Source: a virus
Lineage: Duplodnaviria > Caudoviricetes
Length of the DNA stretch: 56,558 bases
Reading direction: 5' to 3' (one strand)
Virus record (IMG/VR): IMGVR_UViG_3300010214_000031
Coordinates: 1-56,558 of that record
In this document: piece by piece, positions 37,675 to 46,747 of the stretch
Layout: every line of letters begins with the position of its first letter
Numbering within the stretch: position 1 is the first letter of the stretch
Notes under the pieces: model-generated
The model's database searches: none
Seen by the model: only the letters and a program-made list of their open reading frames with translations
What the model was told of the DNA's origin: nothing
Translations under genes and position numbers: made by a program

Positions 37675-37927
37675 TGCCGCGCTCCGGCTTAATGGTGGTG
37701 TCGGCGCGCAGGGCGTCGCGCAGGTCGGCGCGCAGGGCGTCGCGCAGCGCCTTGGATGTACCCGCGTTCCCGACCTTGTCGGACAGCCACACCAACATGT
37801 CGGCGCCGTTCGAGAACGACGCCAAGAAGTGGCGAGGCATCTGCGGATGCTCTGGCAAGTCAAAGATGATCCACCCGCCATTTTCAGCCTTCTCAGCGCG
37901 AAAGCCGGTAAAAATCTTCATTTCCAT
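37667..37927 (-). CDS. Hypothetical protein
   Basis: 86 aa, KAENGGWII. Confidence 0.6.
   Translation of the reverse strand: MEMKIFTGFRAEKAENGGWIIFDLPEHPQMPRHFLASFSNGADMLVWLSDKVGNAGTSKALRDALRADLRDALRADTTIKPERGNA
37700..37747. repeat. Perfect 24-bp tandem duplication
   Basis: GTCGGCGCGCAGGGCGTCGCGCAG x2. Confidence 0.9.
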
Positions 37928-37936
37928 GGGCTTGCC

Positions 37937-38473
37937 TCAGTAGGTTCGAATGAACTGCTCCTCGACCGTGATGGCGCGGGGGCTCCCGAACATCTGGTCG
38001 AGCACGACGCGGACGAAGCCGGCCTTGGCCCGTCCGTCCTTGAAGGTGGCGAGCCAGCCGTCGAAGAGCCCGCCATCGACGATCAGCACGCGATCGCCGC
38101 GGTTGAAGCCCTCGCCGTTGCGCTTGCCCTGGTCGAATTTGCCCTTGGCGCACATGCGCTGAAGCTGGGCCACCGCCTTGGGCTCCGCCGGCAGGGCATA
38201 GTCGCTGCCAGGCGGGACATAGACCGCCGCCACATGCTTGAGCTTCCCCGGTACGCTGGCGAGCTGCGTCTGGTCGAGCCGCGCGAAGATGTAGCCCGGC
38301 ATGAGCAGCATCTCGGTCGTTTTCACCTGCGCCTTGGTGTGCCTGATGACGCTGTAGCGCTTGTAGGTCGGCATGAAGTGCTCGACCTTCGCCTCCTTCA
38401 GCTCTTCGGCCGCGCGGCGGTCGCCCCTGATGGTCGGGCGAAGCACGTACCAGGGCAATGTCTGCTCGGTCAT
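37937..38473 (-). CDS. NusG paralogue, putative late antiterminator
   Basis: NGN domain (WYVL...FMP...LMPGYIFARL) plus KOW (GDRVLIVDGGLFDG). Confidence 0.85.
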   Translation of the reverse strand: MTEQTLPWYVLRPTIRGDRRAAEELKEAKVEHFMPTYKRYSVIRHTKAQVKTTEMLLMPGYIFARLDQTQLASVPGKLKHVAAVYVPPGSDYALPAEPKAVAQLQRMCAKGKFDQGKRNGEGFNRGDRVLIVDGGLFDGWLATFKDGRAKAGFVRVVLDQMFGSPRAITVEEQFIRTY

Positions 38474-38664
38474 GCCTGCGCCTGCTCCTCATAGGGATTG
38501 GCCTGTCCGAGCCGCATGGAGCGCTGCATCGTCACCCAGCGCTCGGCGGCGGCCTCGTTGATGTGGAAGTGATCGGCGATCTGTCGGGTGTCCCAGCCCT
38601 CCCGGAAGAGCTGCAGGGCGATGAACGCACGGCTTGGCCAGAAATGCGGGTCACGCTGGTTCAT
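38470..38664 (-). CDS. Small HTH protein
   Basis: LFREGWDTRQIADHFHINEAAAERW. Confidence 0.65.
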   Translation of the reverse strand: MNQRDPHFWPSRAFIALQLFREGWDTRQIADHFHINEAAAERWVTMQRSMRLGQANPYEEQAQA

Positions 38665-38933
38665 GACGTCTGCTCCCGGTGCTTGGCGGCGCAACTCTTG
38701 CCGCGGTCGGACAGGTGGTAGGGCGTGGAGCGCCGTCCTCCGAGGCGTGCGCCAGGCTGGCCCTGGATGAGCATCCCCTTGGTGACGAGCGCATCGACGA
38801 GCACGAACGGCGCTGTCCGGCCAGACGGCTCGACCGTCCACGAATAGCTGCCGTGCCGATCGTCATGGCCGACCAGACGCGATCCGCCGAACAGATCGAG
38901 CAGCAGCTCAAGCTGCGGGTCAGTCAGCCGCAT
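38661..38933 (-). CDS. Winged-helix-like hypothetical protein
   Basis: MRLTDPQ...ALVTKGML...YHLSDRG. Confidence 0.55.
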   Translation of the reverse strand: MRLTDPQLELLLDLFGGSRLVGHDDRHGSYSWTVEPSGRTAPFVLVDALVTKGMLIQGQPGARLGGRRSTPYHLSDRGKSCAAKHREQTS

Positions 38934-39348
38934 GGATGAACTCCTTGGCACGGCCGTACAGCGTCGGCAGGTACGGCAGGGAGATGGTCACCGTCTGCGA
39001 CTTGCCAATGGTGCCGAGCGCGTAAGACGGCACCGTGCGGCTTACCGAGATGGCTCGAATGCCCAACTCGCGGCCGACGGGCGACGTCAGCGACCACACA
39101 TGATGCTGCTTGCGCAGCTTGATCTTTGGCGGTGCCGCCGGCTTCTTGGGCTGGACGTAGAACTTGCGCCCTACCCGCTCCCGCGATTCCCGCAGCCACT
39201 GGCGCCGGCGCTCGGCATAGATCGGGTCAATGGCGGCGCAGGCCGTGTCTCCGCTGACGCCGAACGTGCGACCGATTTCGCGGAACGAGTGGCCGGCCAA
39301 GCGCATGCGCCTGGCCTCCTCGAGCAGAGGCCCTTCAAGCTTGTTCAT
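38920..39348 (-). CDS. HTH-containing protein
   Basis: GHSFREIGRTFGVSGDT; ATGA coupling. Confidence 0.6.
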   Translation of the reverse strand: MNKLEGPLLEEARRMRLAGHSFREIGRTFGVSGDTACAAIDPIYAERRRQWLRESRERVGRKFYVQPKKPAAPPKIKLRKQHHVWSLTSPVGRELGIRAISVSRTVPSYALGTIGKSQTVTISLPYLPTLYGRAKEFIHAAD

Positions 39349-40217
39349 GACACAACTCCAACGTTCGGGCGGTGGCCGTCTGGCCAGCGTTCCTTGACGA
39401 GAATCTTGCCGATGCGGACATAGGACTGGACGCCGGCTTCGCCGTGCCGGTTTCGGATCTGACCCAGCCAGGGCGACCATTCGGGCCGCTTCGGGGTGAT
39501 GATGAAATCGCCGTCGCGATCGAACTCGGGGCCGTCATCCAGATCGTCGAAGACCTTGGATTTCAGGTAGACGATCATGCGTGGCGGCTTCTTCCGTGCC
39601 GCCATGAGCCGGAAGAACGTCGGGGCCTGCGCCACCGCTCGGGCCGCTTGCGACAGCGTCAGCTTGAGGAAGAGCTTTTGCGCAGTTTCGCGATTGTCGG
39701 GACGATGGTGGCTGTCCCACAAATCCCAAAAATGAGAAAAATCCTCCTCCCTCACGCGCGCATGCGCGCGCTGGGGTTCCGTTACTGGTTCTCTTACAAG
39801 GTTAGGCGGCAAATTCTGCCGGTGGCTGGCGTCGCGATTTGCCGGTGGTGACAGTTCCGATTTGCCGGTGGCACCACCGGCAAAATTTGCCGGTGGCTCG
39901 GCTGGATCACCACCGGCAAGATTTGCCGGTTGAAAATCGGGTTCGAACGAAAGCTGGTAGCGGTTGACGCACCGGCGCCCAACCTCGCGCATCTCGTCCC
40001 ACGCGATCAGCCCGCGATCGCGCAGCCGCGCGAGCTGGTCGCGCACCGACCGCTCGGACAAGTTGGTCTTGCGGACGATGTAGTCGTGGCTTGGAAAGCA
40101 GCCGTTGATGGGATTGTGGCAGTCAGCCAGCACCATCAGCACCGCCCACTCGTTCGGCTTCATGTCGATGAATATCTCGGGCTGGTCGAAGGCCCACTTG
40201 GTGGCGACATGGCTCAT
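39345..40217 (-). CDS. Replication initiator (N-terminal winged HTH)
   Basis: VLMVLAD.HN...CFPS...LSERSVR...L..RGLI...NRY; internal DNA repeats. Confidence 0.85.
   Translation of the reverse strand: MSHVATKWAFDQPEIFIDMKPNEWAVLMVLADCHNPINGCFPSHDYIVRKTNLSERSVRDQLARLRDRGLIAWDEMREVGRRCVNRYQLSFEPDFQPANLAGGDPAEPPANFAGGATGKSELSPPANRDASHRQNLPPNLVREPVTEPQRAHARVREEDFSHFWDLWDSHHRPDNRETAQKLFLKLTLSQAARAVAQAPTFFRLMAARKKPPRMIVYLKSKVFDDLDDGPEFDRDGDFIITPKRPEWSPWLGQIRNRHGEAGVQSYVRIGKILVKERWPDGHRPNVGVVS
39806..39932. repeat. Iteron cluster, putative phage origin
   Basis: Five T(T/C)TGCCGGT(G/T)G copies; two lie within CCGGCAA-N3-TTGCCGG palindromes. Confidence 0.75.
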
Positions 40218-41038
40218 GCCGCTTCTCCGCAGTGCAGGCCGCACTCGACGTCGTATTCTTCGTCGTCGACAGAATCGAACAGCGTTGGGGTGCGCTGGAC
40301 ATAATCAACTATCTCGGCCACGCTTTCCCTCATGGCGAAGGTCTGATCTAGCCCGACCTCTTCAGCGATCCACCAATTCGGCACATCGGGATTGTCACGA
40401 GCGATACGCTCACGAATCTTGCGGCCCTTGTTGAAGCAAAGGTCGCAGTTTCCTTCCCATGGCCTCAAAGCGAGATCGAAAGGATGGGCCTTCCAAAATG
40501 CCATGATGTCGGCCTTGACGATCTTTGCCTTCGACAGCGGTGCCACGCATTGCCGGTGATCACGATCATTATTGGCGTACATGGTGAGTAGGCGGCGCCC
40601 TTCGTCGTGACGCAGGCCGACCACCTCCCGATAGGTGCCCGGCGCGTGGCCTATTGACGCCATGAAGCCATGCATGGGTTCGATTTTGAGGGTACTGGTG
40701 CAGAAGCGCGCGGTACCGTTGGGCAGCATCTTCTTCTTGGCAATCAACGCCCGGAACGGCTCGCCATCACGGCTGGCACTATCATATCCGACCACTTCGA
40801 ATGCAGGATCGGCATCACGCCATTCCAACCAGGTGACGCGAACATTCCAGCGCGTTTGAACTTCATTGACGAAGCGCAGCGTTTCCTCGCGCTCCTTGCC
40901 CGTGTTGGCGAATGCCACGACGACATCGGCAGGCAGAACACCACCATGTGCCTCAAGAATCTGGTGCAGCATGTATGCCGAGGTGCGCCCGCCGGAGAAT
41001 GAAATCAGGGCAGGCCCCTCCATGAAATAGGGGGTCAT
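40214..41038 (-). CDS. PAPS reductase family protein
   Basis: ISFSGGRTS, FANTGKE, CTSTLK, GLR.DE, CDLCF. Confidence 0.85.
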   Translation of the reverse strand: MTPYFMEGPALISFSGGRTSAYMLHQILEAHGGVLPADVVVAFANTGKEREETLRFVNEVQTRWNVRVTWLEWRDADPAFEVVGYDSASRDGEPFRALIAKKKMLPNGTARFCTSTLKIEPMHGFMASIGHAPGTYREVVGLRHDEGRRLLTMYANNDRDHRQCVAPLSKAKIVKADIMAFWKAHPFDLALRPWEGNCDLCFNKGRKIRERIARDNPDVPNWWIAEEVGLDQTFAMRESVAEIVDYVQRTPTLFDSVDDEEYDVECGLHCGEAA

Positions 41039-41280
41039 GCCGAAAGCTCCTCGAGCCGACGGGTGACGACGAGGATGCCCGTGGAGCCTGCCCTACCGCC
41101 TCCAAGCCGCTGCACGAAGCCACCGTCGATAAGCCGGTTCAGGTGCAGGTAGAAGGTCGAGAAGCACTGTCCGAGATCCTGCAGCACCTGCTCGCGCGGC
41201 ACTTCGACGAGCTGGCCGACGGGGGCAAGGCCGGTCAGGTATGACAACAGCTCTTCGGCGCGATATGGCAGGTGGGTCAA
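41035..41280 (-). CDS. Small winged-HTH protein
   Basis: DLGQCFSTFYLHLNRLIDGGFVQR. Confidence 0.55.
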   Translation of the reverse strand: MTHLPYRAEELLSYLTGLAPVGQLVEVPREQVLQDLGQCFSTFYLHLNRLIDGGFVQRLGGGRAGSTGILVVTRRLEELSA

Positions 41281-41756
41281 AACAGCCTCCCCTGAGTGTC
41301 AGTCGTTGTCTTGGGCTGGGCCGGCAGCATCCATTTCGCCGGCAGAGCCGGGTCGTTGGTCTCCTCGGCACGCTTCCACTCGAAAAAGCCGAGCTGCCCG
41401 TTGCAGCGGATGAACGGTACCGGCTGCGCGCCGGCCACAACGAGCCCGCGCGGCCCGCAGAACCACGGGCTTTCCGATTCCTTGACGATGTCGACGACTT
41501 CGCCGATGCCGATGATGCCGCCGCGCAAAAGGTCGGCCGGCGGAGGACACTCAAAGCCGCAGTGCTCGAACGTGTCGGCCGCATCCTCGTACTCGTCCCT
41601 GGTCATGCCGAGCGATGCGTGGATGGCGAAGGGGCCGCGGTGATGCAGCGCCGGGTTCGGTGCGCGCCATGAGCGGTTTTCGACGTCCTTCCAGCCCATG
41701 GCGAGCCCGTAGGCCCAAGGCTGGCGGACGGAAAGGGCAAGGCGAGGAATGATCAT
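41277..41756 (-). CDS. ASCH domain protein
   Basis: LSVRQPWA...KDVENRSW...IHAS...GGIIG. Confidence 0.85.
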   Translation of the reverse strand: MIIPRLALSVRQPWAYGLAMGWKDVENRSWRAPNPALHHRGPFAIHASLGMTRDEYEDAADTFEHCGFECPPPADLLRGGIIGIGEVVDIVKESESPWFCGPRGLVVAGAQPVPFIRCNGQLGFFEWKRAEETNDPALPAKWMLPAQPKTTTDTQGRLF

Positions 41757-43678
41757 GCGGCCATCCTCACGCGAGCCAGGTGATTGCAATTCGCTGAAAC
41801 CAGTGCCTGCGCCATGGGGGGCGACACGCTGTTGCCGCAGCACGAAATCTGACTGGATTTCGGCAAAGGCTTGCCTTCGAACATCAGGTCGATGATGTAG
41901 TCCGGCGGGAAACCCTGGGCGTTGAATAGCTCGCGCGGCGTCAGCATGCGCATGCCGATATCGACGATGGTGAAGGTCTCGCCATCGATCTCGACAGTTA
42001 CGAACTCGCGCTCGTCCCAGAAGCCGTGAGCACGAAGGAAGTCAGCAACCTGGCGTGCCCGGGCCGCCACCTCTTCGGTAAACGGCGGCCAGTCGACCGT
42101 CGCTTCCACATGGCCGAAACGGGCTTTGCCAGTCGCGGTATGCAGCGGTTCGTCGAGCCCGCTTTCCTGCTCGACGCCATAATATTTGGTGATGAACGGC
42201 GTCACCAGCGCGGACTTATTGACCTCGGCGGTGGCAGTGTGGGTCGGCTCGCGCATGCCATGACCAACTGACGTGCCGAACTGACGCGACATGAAGGCGG
42301 CGACGATACCCTGCGGTGCTTTCCCGGTCGTCGTCGATAATGGTTCGGTCGCCGGACGGCCAGCATTTGGCGTCGTGCCGCGATCATTGTTGTGCTGGGC
42401 AAGAAACGCCGCGGTAACACAAACGTCCGCCTTGGCAGTAGTGGTCGCCAGGGGCTCGCCACCGCTTCGCGGACGGCTCTGACCTGCCCGACCACCGCAT
42501 CCGACGAGAGTCGGAACAGCAAGCGCGTGTTTGACGCCGCCGGCGACCGTGGTACCAAGCGGCGCCCTGATGTTCAGCGCGCGCGGCGCTTGGCCTTTGC
42601 GCTCGCCATAGCCGATCTGGATCAAGGTAGGCGCTATCAGCGCGTTCTGGTCTTTGGGGCTGGCAGCCACCGTATGCAGCGGCTTCTTGATACTTCGATT
42701 GGCACCGCCCTGCTGTGCATACGTCACCAACGGTGTGATCAAAGCGTGGCTTATGCCGCCGGCTGTGACGACGCCGTACGGGTCGCCGATCGGATATTCT
42801 CGCCGACCGCCGGAATAGCCGTGGGCCACACTGACCAGGAACGGCTCGATGGCCTCAAGGACGTATCGCGAGGTGCCGCGCGCCACTCTGCTCATGGTTG
42901 CGCCAGCCAACGGCCTGATAGCACGAAGGCCATACTTGTCGAAAATCTCTTCTGTGGTGTCGAAGATCGACGGGCATGGCAGTGACCAGTCGATGATCTC
43001 TGCCGCGATCCGCCACGGGAGCTTACGACCGGCGATGACGTCGGGATCGGTAGGCTTGCCATGCGACGGCTTCGGCCAGACGATAGGCATGCCATCGAAC
43101 CGCACGATGACGAAGAGGCGCTTTCGAATCGTTGGCGCGCCATAGTCGCAGGCGCGAAGTTCGCGCCATTGGATCTTGCCGCCGAGGCTGCGCAGCTTCC
43201 GGCACCAGCGCTTGAAATCCTTGCCCTTCTGCTCCGGGTCCGGCATCAGGCCGCGCTCGGTTTCGATCAGCGGCCCCCACTCGCGGAATTCCTCAACGTT
43301 CTCGAGGATGACGACGTCAACCCGGCCGCCGCTCTTCTGGATACGCTCGATCCAGCCAGGGATGATCCATGCCAGGTCACGCACGTTGCGTTCGACCGGC
43401 TTGCCGCCCTTGGCCTTGGAGAAGTGCTTGCAGTCGGGGCTGAACCAGGCGAGGCCGATATGCCTGCCGCGCACATAGTCGAGGACGTCGACCTTGTAGA
43501 CGTTCTCTGACAGGTGCAGCGTGTCGCGATGGTTGGCCTCATGCAGCGCCAAGGCTGCCGGGTTGTGGTTGATCGCGATGTCCGGCGAGCGACCAAGGGC
43601 CATCTCGATGCCTGTCGAGGCGCCGCCGCCACCGGCAAAACTGTCCATGATCAACGGCAAGCCGTGGTCGAAGTACAT
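41753..43678 (-). CDS. DNA (cytosine-5) methyltransferase with repeat-expanded variable region
   Basis: FAGGGG, SPDC, ENV, RKRLF, RMLTPREL..AQGFP, GNSV. Confidence 0.92.
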   Translation of the reverse strand: MYFDHGLPLIMDSFAGGGGASTGIEMALGRSPDIAINHNPAALALHEANHRDTLHLSENVYKVDVLDYVRGRHIGLAWFSPDCKHFSKAKGGKPVERNVRDLAWIIPGWIERIQKSGGRVDVVILENVEEFREWGPLIETERGLMPDPEQKGKDFKRWCRKLRSLGGKIQWRELRACDYGAPTIRKRLFVIVRFDGMPIVWPKPSHGKPTDPDVIAGRKLPWRIAAEIIDWSLPCPSIFDTTEEIFDKYGLRAIRPLAGATMSRVARGTSRYVLEAIEPFLVSVAHGYSGGRREYPIGDPYGVVTAGGISHALITPLVTYAQQGGANRSIKKPLHTVAASPKDQNALIAPTLIQIGYGERKGQAPRALNIRAPLGTTVAGGVKHALAVPTLVGCGGRAGQSRPRSGGEPLATTTAKADVCVTAAFLAQHNNDRGTTPNAGRPATEPLSTTTGKAPQGIVAAFMSRQFGTSVGHGMREPTHTATAEVNKSALVTPFITKYYGVEQESGLDEPLHTATGKARFGHVEATVDWPPFTEEVAARARQVADFLRAHGFWDEREFVTVEIDGETFTIVDIGMRMLTPRELFNAQGFPPDYIIDLMFEGKPLPKSSQISCCGNSVSPPMAQALVSANCNHLARVRMAA

Positions 43679-43684
43679 GAAACC

Positions 43685-43867
43685 TCACTTGGATTCGCGG
43701 TAGTCGTCGGCGATCTCGCGCAGCACAGCGACCTCTCGGCGAGCGGCCTCGATCTCGTGGTCGGGGCGCTTGTTTCGGCCTTGGGAAAAGCTGTTGAGCC
43801 AGTCCAGTTTGCGGCTGGCGATCGAGATGACCATGTCGAGCTTGGTTTGGCGGGTGAAGCAGCTCAT
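43685..43867 (-). CDS. Hypothetical small protein
   Basis: MSCFT start, ATGA coupling. Confidence 0.55.
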   Translation of the reverse strand: MSCFTRQTKLDMVISIASRKLDWLNSFSQGRNKRPDHEIEAARREVAVLREIADDYRESK

Positions 43868-44196
43868 GGCCCACCTGGCAGCGACTTGGAGTAAGCCTTC
43901 CATCCGGCCAGGATCTTGCTGACCAGCGTCTCGGGGATGCCCGTCGCCTTGGCGATCGCCTCGGGCTTGAACTCACCGGACAGGCAGAAGACTGCCCGTA
44001 CCATCTCGTCGAGTTCGGCGTCGGTCGCCGGCACTCCTCGCTCGTATCCGATGCGCTCGGCATAGGCAGCATCGAACATCAGCCGGGCATAGGTGCTGAT
44101 GGGATAGCCCTTCTCCGCAGCGCGTTTCTCGACGCTCGCGAAGATTTTCGGCTCCATCCTCATGTTGATCTGCTTGGGGGTGGCAGGGGAATGCAT
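43864..44196 (-). CDS. Putative DNA-binding protein (RHH-like plus HTH)
   Basis: KQINMRM...STYAR; EAIAKATGIPETLVSKIL. Confidence 0.6.
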   Translation of the reverse strand: MHSPATPKQINMRMEPKIFASVEKRAAEKGYPISTYARLMFDAAYAERIGYERGVPATDAELDEMVRAVFCLSGEFKPEAIAKATGIPETLVSKILAGWKAYSKSLPGGP

Positions 44197-44200
44197 GACA

Positions 44201-44740
44201 TCACCTGCACTGGATCGAGCGGAGGACATGATGGCGGCAGTAGCGTTGGCCCAGCTGCACCGGCTGGGCGCAGAACAGGTAGACGTCGCCCTTCTCGGGC
44301 TCGTTGACCGGCCAGTGGCAGTCAGCCTCCTTCAGCTCCCCCAGGAGCTTCTGCTTGCTGCTCGCGTCATAGGCCTGCTTGTCGCCCAGCTCCTCCGAGC
44401 GGGGACGCGGAATCTGTGTCAGCATCTCGTAATCCGTGGGCTCGCGAGGTTCGAAATCAGGCGTGGCGCGCAGGAACGCGAGCTGAGGCATCCTGCTGGG
44501 TGCCGGGCTTCTCGCCCTGGCGGGTGCCGTTTTGGCAGTCTTGTCGCTGCGCACCGGCAGCTTCTCGGTGAAGCCGATGGCCTTCAGGTCCTTGTTGCGA
44601 TGGACGAGGCCAAGGATGGCGTTGCGGCTGACGCGCTCGCCCCGCATCTCGCTGATGCGGTTGGCGATCTGCGATGCGCTGAGCCCGTCGGTGAGACAGA
44701 CCTTGATCTGGTTGATTTCGGCTTCCGGGTAGCTAGACAA
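44201..44740 (-). CDS. gcrA: GcrA cell-cycle regulator homologue
   Basis: GLSASQIA...VSRNAILGLVHR HTH; L.EL....CHWP...FC......YC..H C-terminal domain. Confidence 0.88.
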   Translation of the reverse strand: MSSYPEAEINQIKVCLTDGLSASQIANRISEMRGERVSRNAILGLVHRNKDLKAIGFTEKLPVRSDKTAKTAPARARSPAPSRMPQLAFLRATPDFEPREPTDYEMLTQIPRPRSEELGDKQAYDASSKQKLLGELKEADCHWPVNEPEKGDVYLFCAQPVQLGQRYCRHHVLRSIQCR

Positions 44741-45956
44741 TGCACTGCTCCTTGAAGAGAGGGCCGTGGTCGACGTTGGCGGCCGTGGGCTTCCTGCCCT
44801 TCACCCGCCATTCGGCTTCAATCCGCCGGCGGGACATTTCCGCGTAGTCGGGATTGAGTTCGATCAGGGCTGCGCGCCGTCCGTGGCGCAGCGCGACCAG
44901 GGCAGTGGTCCCGGCGCCGCCAAAGGGGTCGAGGACGAGGCCGTCCTTAGGGCAGCCAGCGAGAATGCAGCGCTCGGCCAGCTCCGGCGGGAAGGTCGCG
45001 AAATGGGCCTCGCTGAAAGGTTTTGTGGCCATCGGCCACACCTCGAGCGGCGCGGGCTCATAGTTGCGGAGGTTCCGCCCCTCGCCTCTCGGCGTCCCCT
45101 CTATCCCGGTGTGGTTGATGTGGCCGGCATGGCGAGGAGACGCGACATCGGCAGCACGCACCTTGCTGCGCGGCTTTCTCTCCATCATCGACTTGGAGAA
45201 ATTGGCCTTCTTGACCTTGCCGGTGCCGTCATCGTCGACTTCAGGGCGCGTGGTGCCGTAGACCGTCAGCGTCTTAGGACGTAGATCAAAGCGCACAGCC
45301 TCGGCGTCGTACCAATATCGGGCAGACTTGGTGAGCAGGAAGATCTTCTCGTGAGACGTCCCTGGCCGATCCTTGGCGCTGTCGGGCATCGGGTTGGTCT
45401 TGCCCCAGATGATTTCCGAGCGGATCCACCAACCATCTTCCTGCAACAGGATCGCCAATCGGTTCGGGACCATGCAGAGGTCTTTAGGCTTGAGAAAACC
45501 TTGGCCGGCATAGTTGCGGCGCACACCATCTGAGGCGGTGTTCCCCTTGTTTTGCGAACGGCCTGAGCGCTTGGAGCCTTCGCCGGTGGCGACTGGACCG
45601 ATTGTCGAAAACGGCTTGTCACGAAAAGTCCGGTCATCCTTGCCGGTTGCCTTTGCGGCTGCCGCAGTTCGCCCGTTGGGACTGGTGGCGTAGCAGTCGC
45701 CGTAGTTGATCCAGAGCGTACCCATCGGCTTGAGGACGCGGCGTATCTCACGGAAAACGGCTACCATTGCCGCAAGGTGCTCGGCCAACGTCGGCTCAAG
45801 GCCCAACTGCCCCTCGACGCCATAGTCGCGGAGCCCCCAATAGGGAGGGCTCGTCACCACGCAATCGACGGAACAGTCCGGCAGCAGGGCGAGCTGCGCC
45901 AGGCAATCACCGACGTAGAGCGTGACGCGATCGTCGAGGAACACCACAGGCGCCAT
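44733..45956 (-). CDS. DNA amino-methyltransferase (N4-C/N6-A, beta class)
   Basis: TSPPY, IIW.K.NP, HFATFP, LDPFGGAGTT, IELN. Confidence 0.92.
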   Translation of the reverse strand: MAPVVFLDDRVTLYVGDCLAQLALLPDCSVDCVVTSPPYWGLRDYGVEGQLGLEPTLAEHLAAMVAVFREIRRVLKPMGTLWINYGDCYATSPNGRTAAAAKATGKDDRTFRDKPFSTIGPVATGEGSKRSGRSQNKGNTASDGVRRNYAGQGFLKPKDLCMVPNRLAILLQEDGWWIRSEIIWGKTNPMPDSAKDRPGTSHEKIFLLTKSARYWYDAEAVRFDLRPKTLTVYGTTRPEVDDDGTGKVKKANFSKSMMERKPRSKVRAADVASPRHAGHINHTGIEGTPRGEGRNLRNYEPAPLEVWPMATKPFSEAHFATFPPELAERCILAGCPKDGLVLDPFGGAGTTALVALRHGRRAALIELNPDYAEMSRRRIEAEWRVKGRKPTAANVDHGPLFKEQCIV

Positions 45957-46165
45957 CAGATGCCCCTCGACACCAGCAGCGCGACGCCGCCGAAGAACAA
46001 GGCAAAGCCGACAACGATGCCGAACACGATGAGGACGGCTTTGTGTTCGCTGATGCGGCTAATCAGCTCGTCGGCCGCGCATTCGCCAACGTCGCACTGG
46101 CAATCCGGCCACATCGAGCATTTCGACGGCAAATCGGTTTTGTCGCTTGACCCGGTAGATTTCAT
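45956..46165 (-). CDS. Small membrane protein (start uncertain)
   Basis: C-terminal TM helix; TGATG coupling to the MTase. Confidence 0.4.
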   Translation of the reverse strand: MKSTGSSDKTDLPSKCSMWPDCQCDVGECAADELISRISEHKAVLIVFGIVVGFALFFGGVALLVSRGI

Positions 46166-46271
46166 AGCTGTTGGTCCCCTCGTCAGATGCTTCGATGTCG
46201 TGCCGGGCCTCACGGTCCGCCGTTTCGTCGGCAGCGTTCAGCACGACCTGCTTCCGCCACGCGAAATGCAT
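46059..46271 (-). CDS. Hypothetical small protein
   Basis: Starts 2 bp after the sigma stop; overlaps the next candidate ORF. Confidence 0.4.
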   Translation of the reverse strand: MHFAWRKQVVLNAADETADREARHDIEASDEGTNSYEIYRVKRQNRFAVEMLDVAGLPVRRWRMRGRRAD

Positions 46272-46273
46272 GT

Positions 46274-46747
46274 TCAGCCTCCGGCCAGCGCGTGGAGCGC
46301 CGCTCGGCCGCGGTGCGCCCGAGACTTGACCGTGTTGATGGGAATGCCCTCGGTGGCGGCGATCTCGTCGAGATGCCTGCCCTGCCCCACCTGGTCGAGG
46401 ACGCGGCGAAAGCTGTCAGGCAGCTTCGCCATCAGCGCCACGATCTGCTTGGCCTCATAGGCAGCCGCCTGATCGTCAGGCGCGGCCCGATAGAGTGTCA
46501 GCAAGCCGTCGGTGTCGGGAAACACGAAGACCTTTCGGCGCTTCTGCGACAGGAACAAGTTCCTCAGGATCGTGATCAGCCATGCCTCGATCTTCGCGCC
46601 GTCGAACTTCTCGCGGTTCGCCAGAGCGCGGAGCATGGTCTCCTGCACGAGATCCCGAGAGTCCTCGTGGTTGCGCGTCAGGCCCATGGCGAAGGCCGTC
46701 AGCATCTGCCTGTGCGTGTCGAGTGCTGGACCGAATGCGTCGCTCAT
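46274..46747 (-). CDS. ECF sigma factor (EcfG/PhyR sigma-domain-like)
   Basis: DLVQETMLRA...AWLITILRN region 2; LPD..R...EIA...TVKSR.HRGR region 4. Confidence 0.85.
   Translation of the reverse strand: MSDAFGPALDTHRQMLTAFAMGLTRNHEDSRDLVQETMLRALANREKFDGAKIEAWLITILRNLFLSQKRRKVFVFPDTDGLLTLYRAAPDDQAAAYEAKQIVALMAKLPDSFRRVLDQVGQGRHLDEIAATEGIPINTVKSRAHRGRAALHALAGG

Noticed and set aside
39806-39932. Short spaced repeats as a CRISPR array
   Set aside because: Repeats too short, spacing irregular, inside a CDS, and no cas genes
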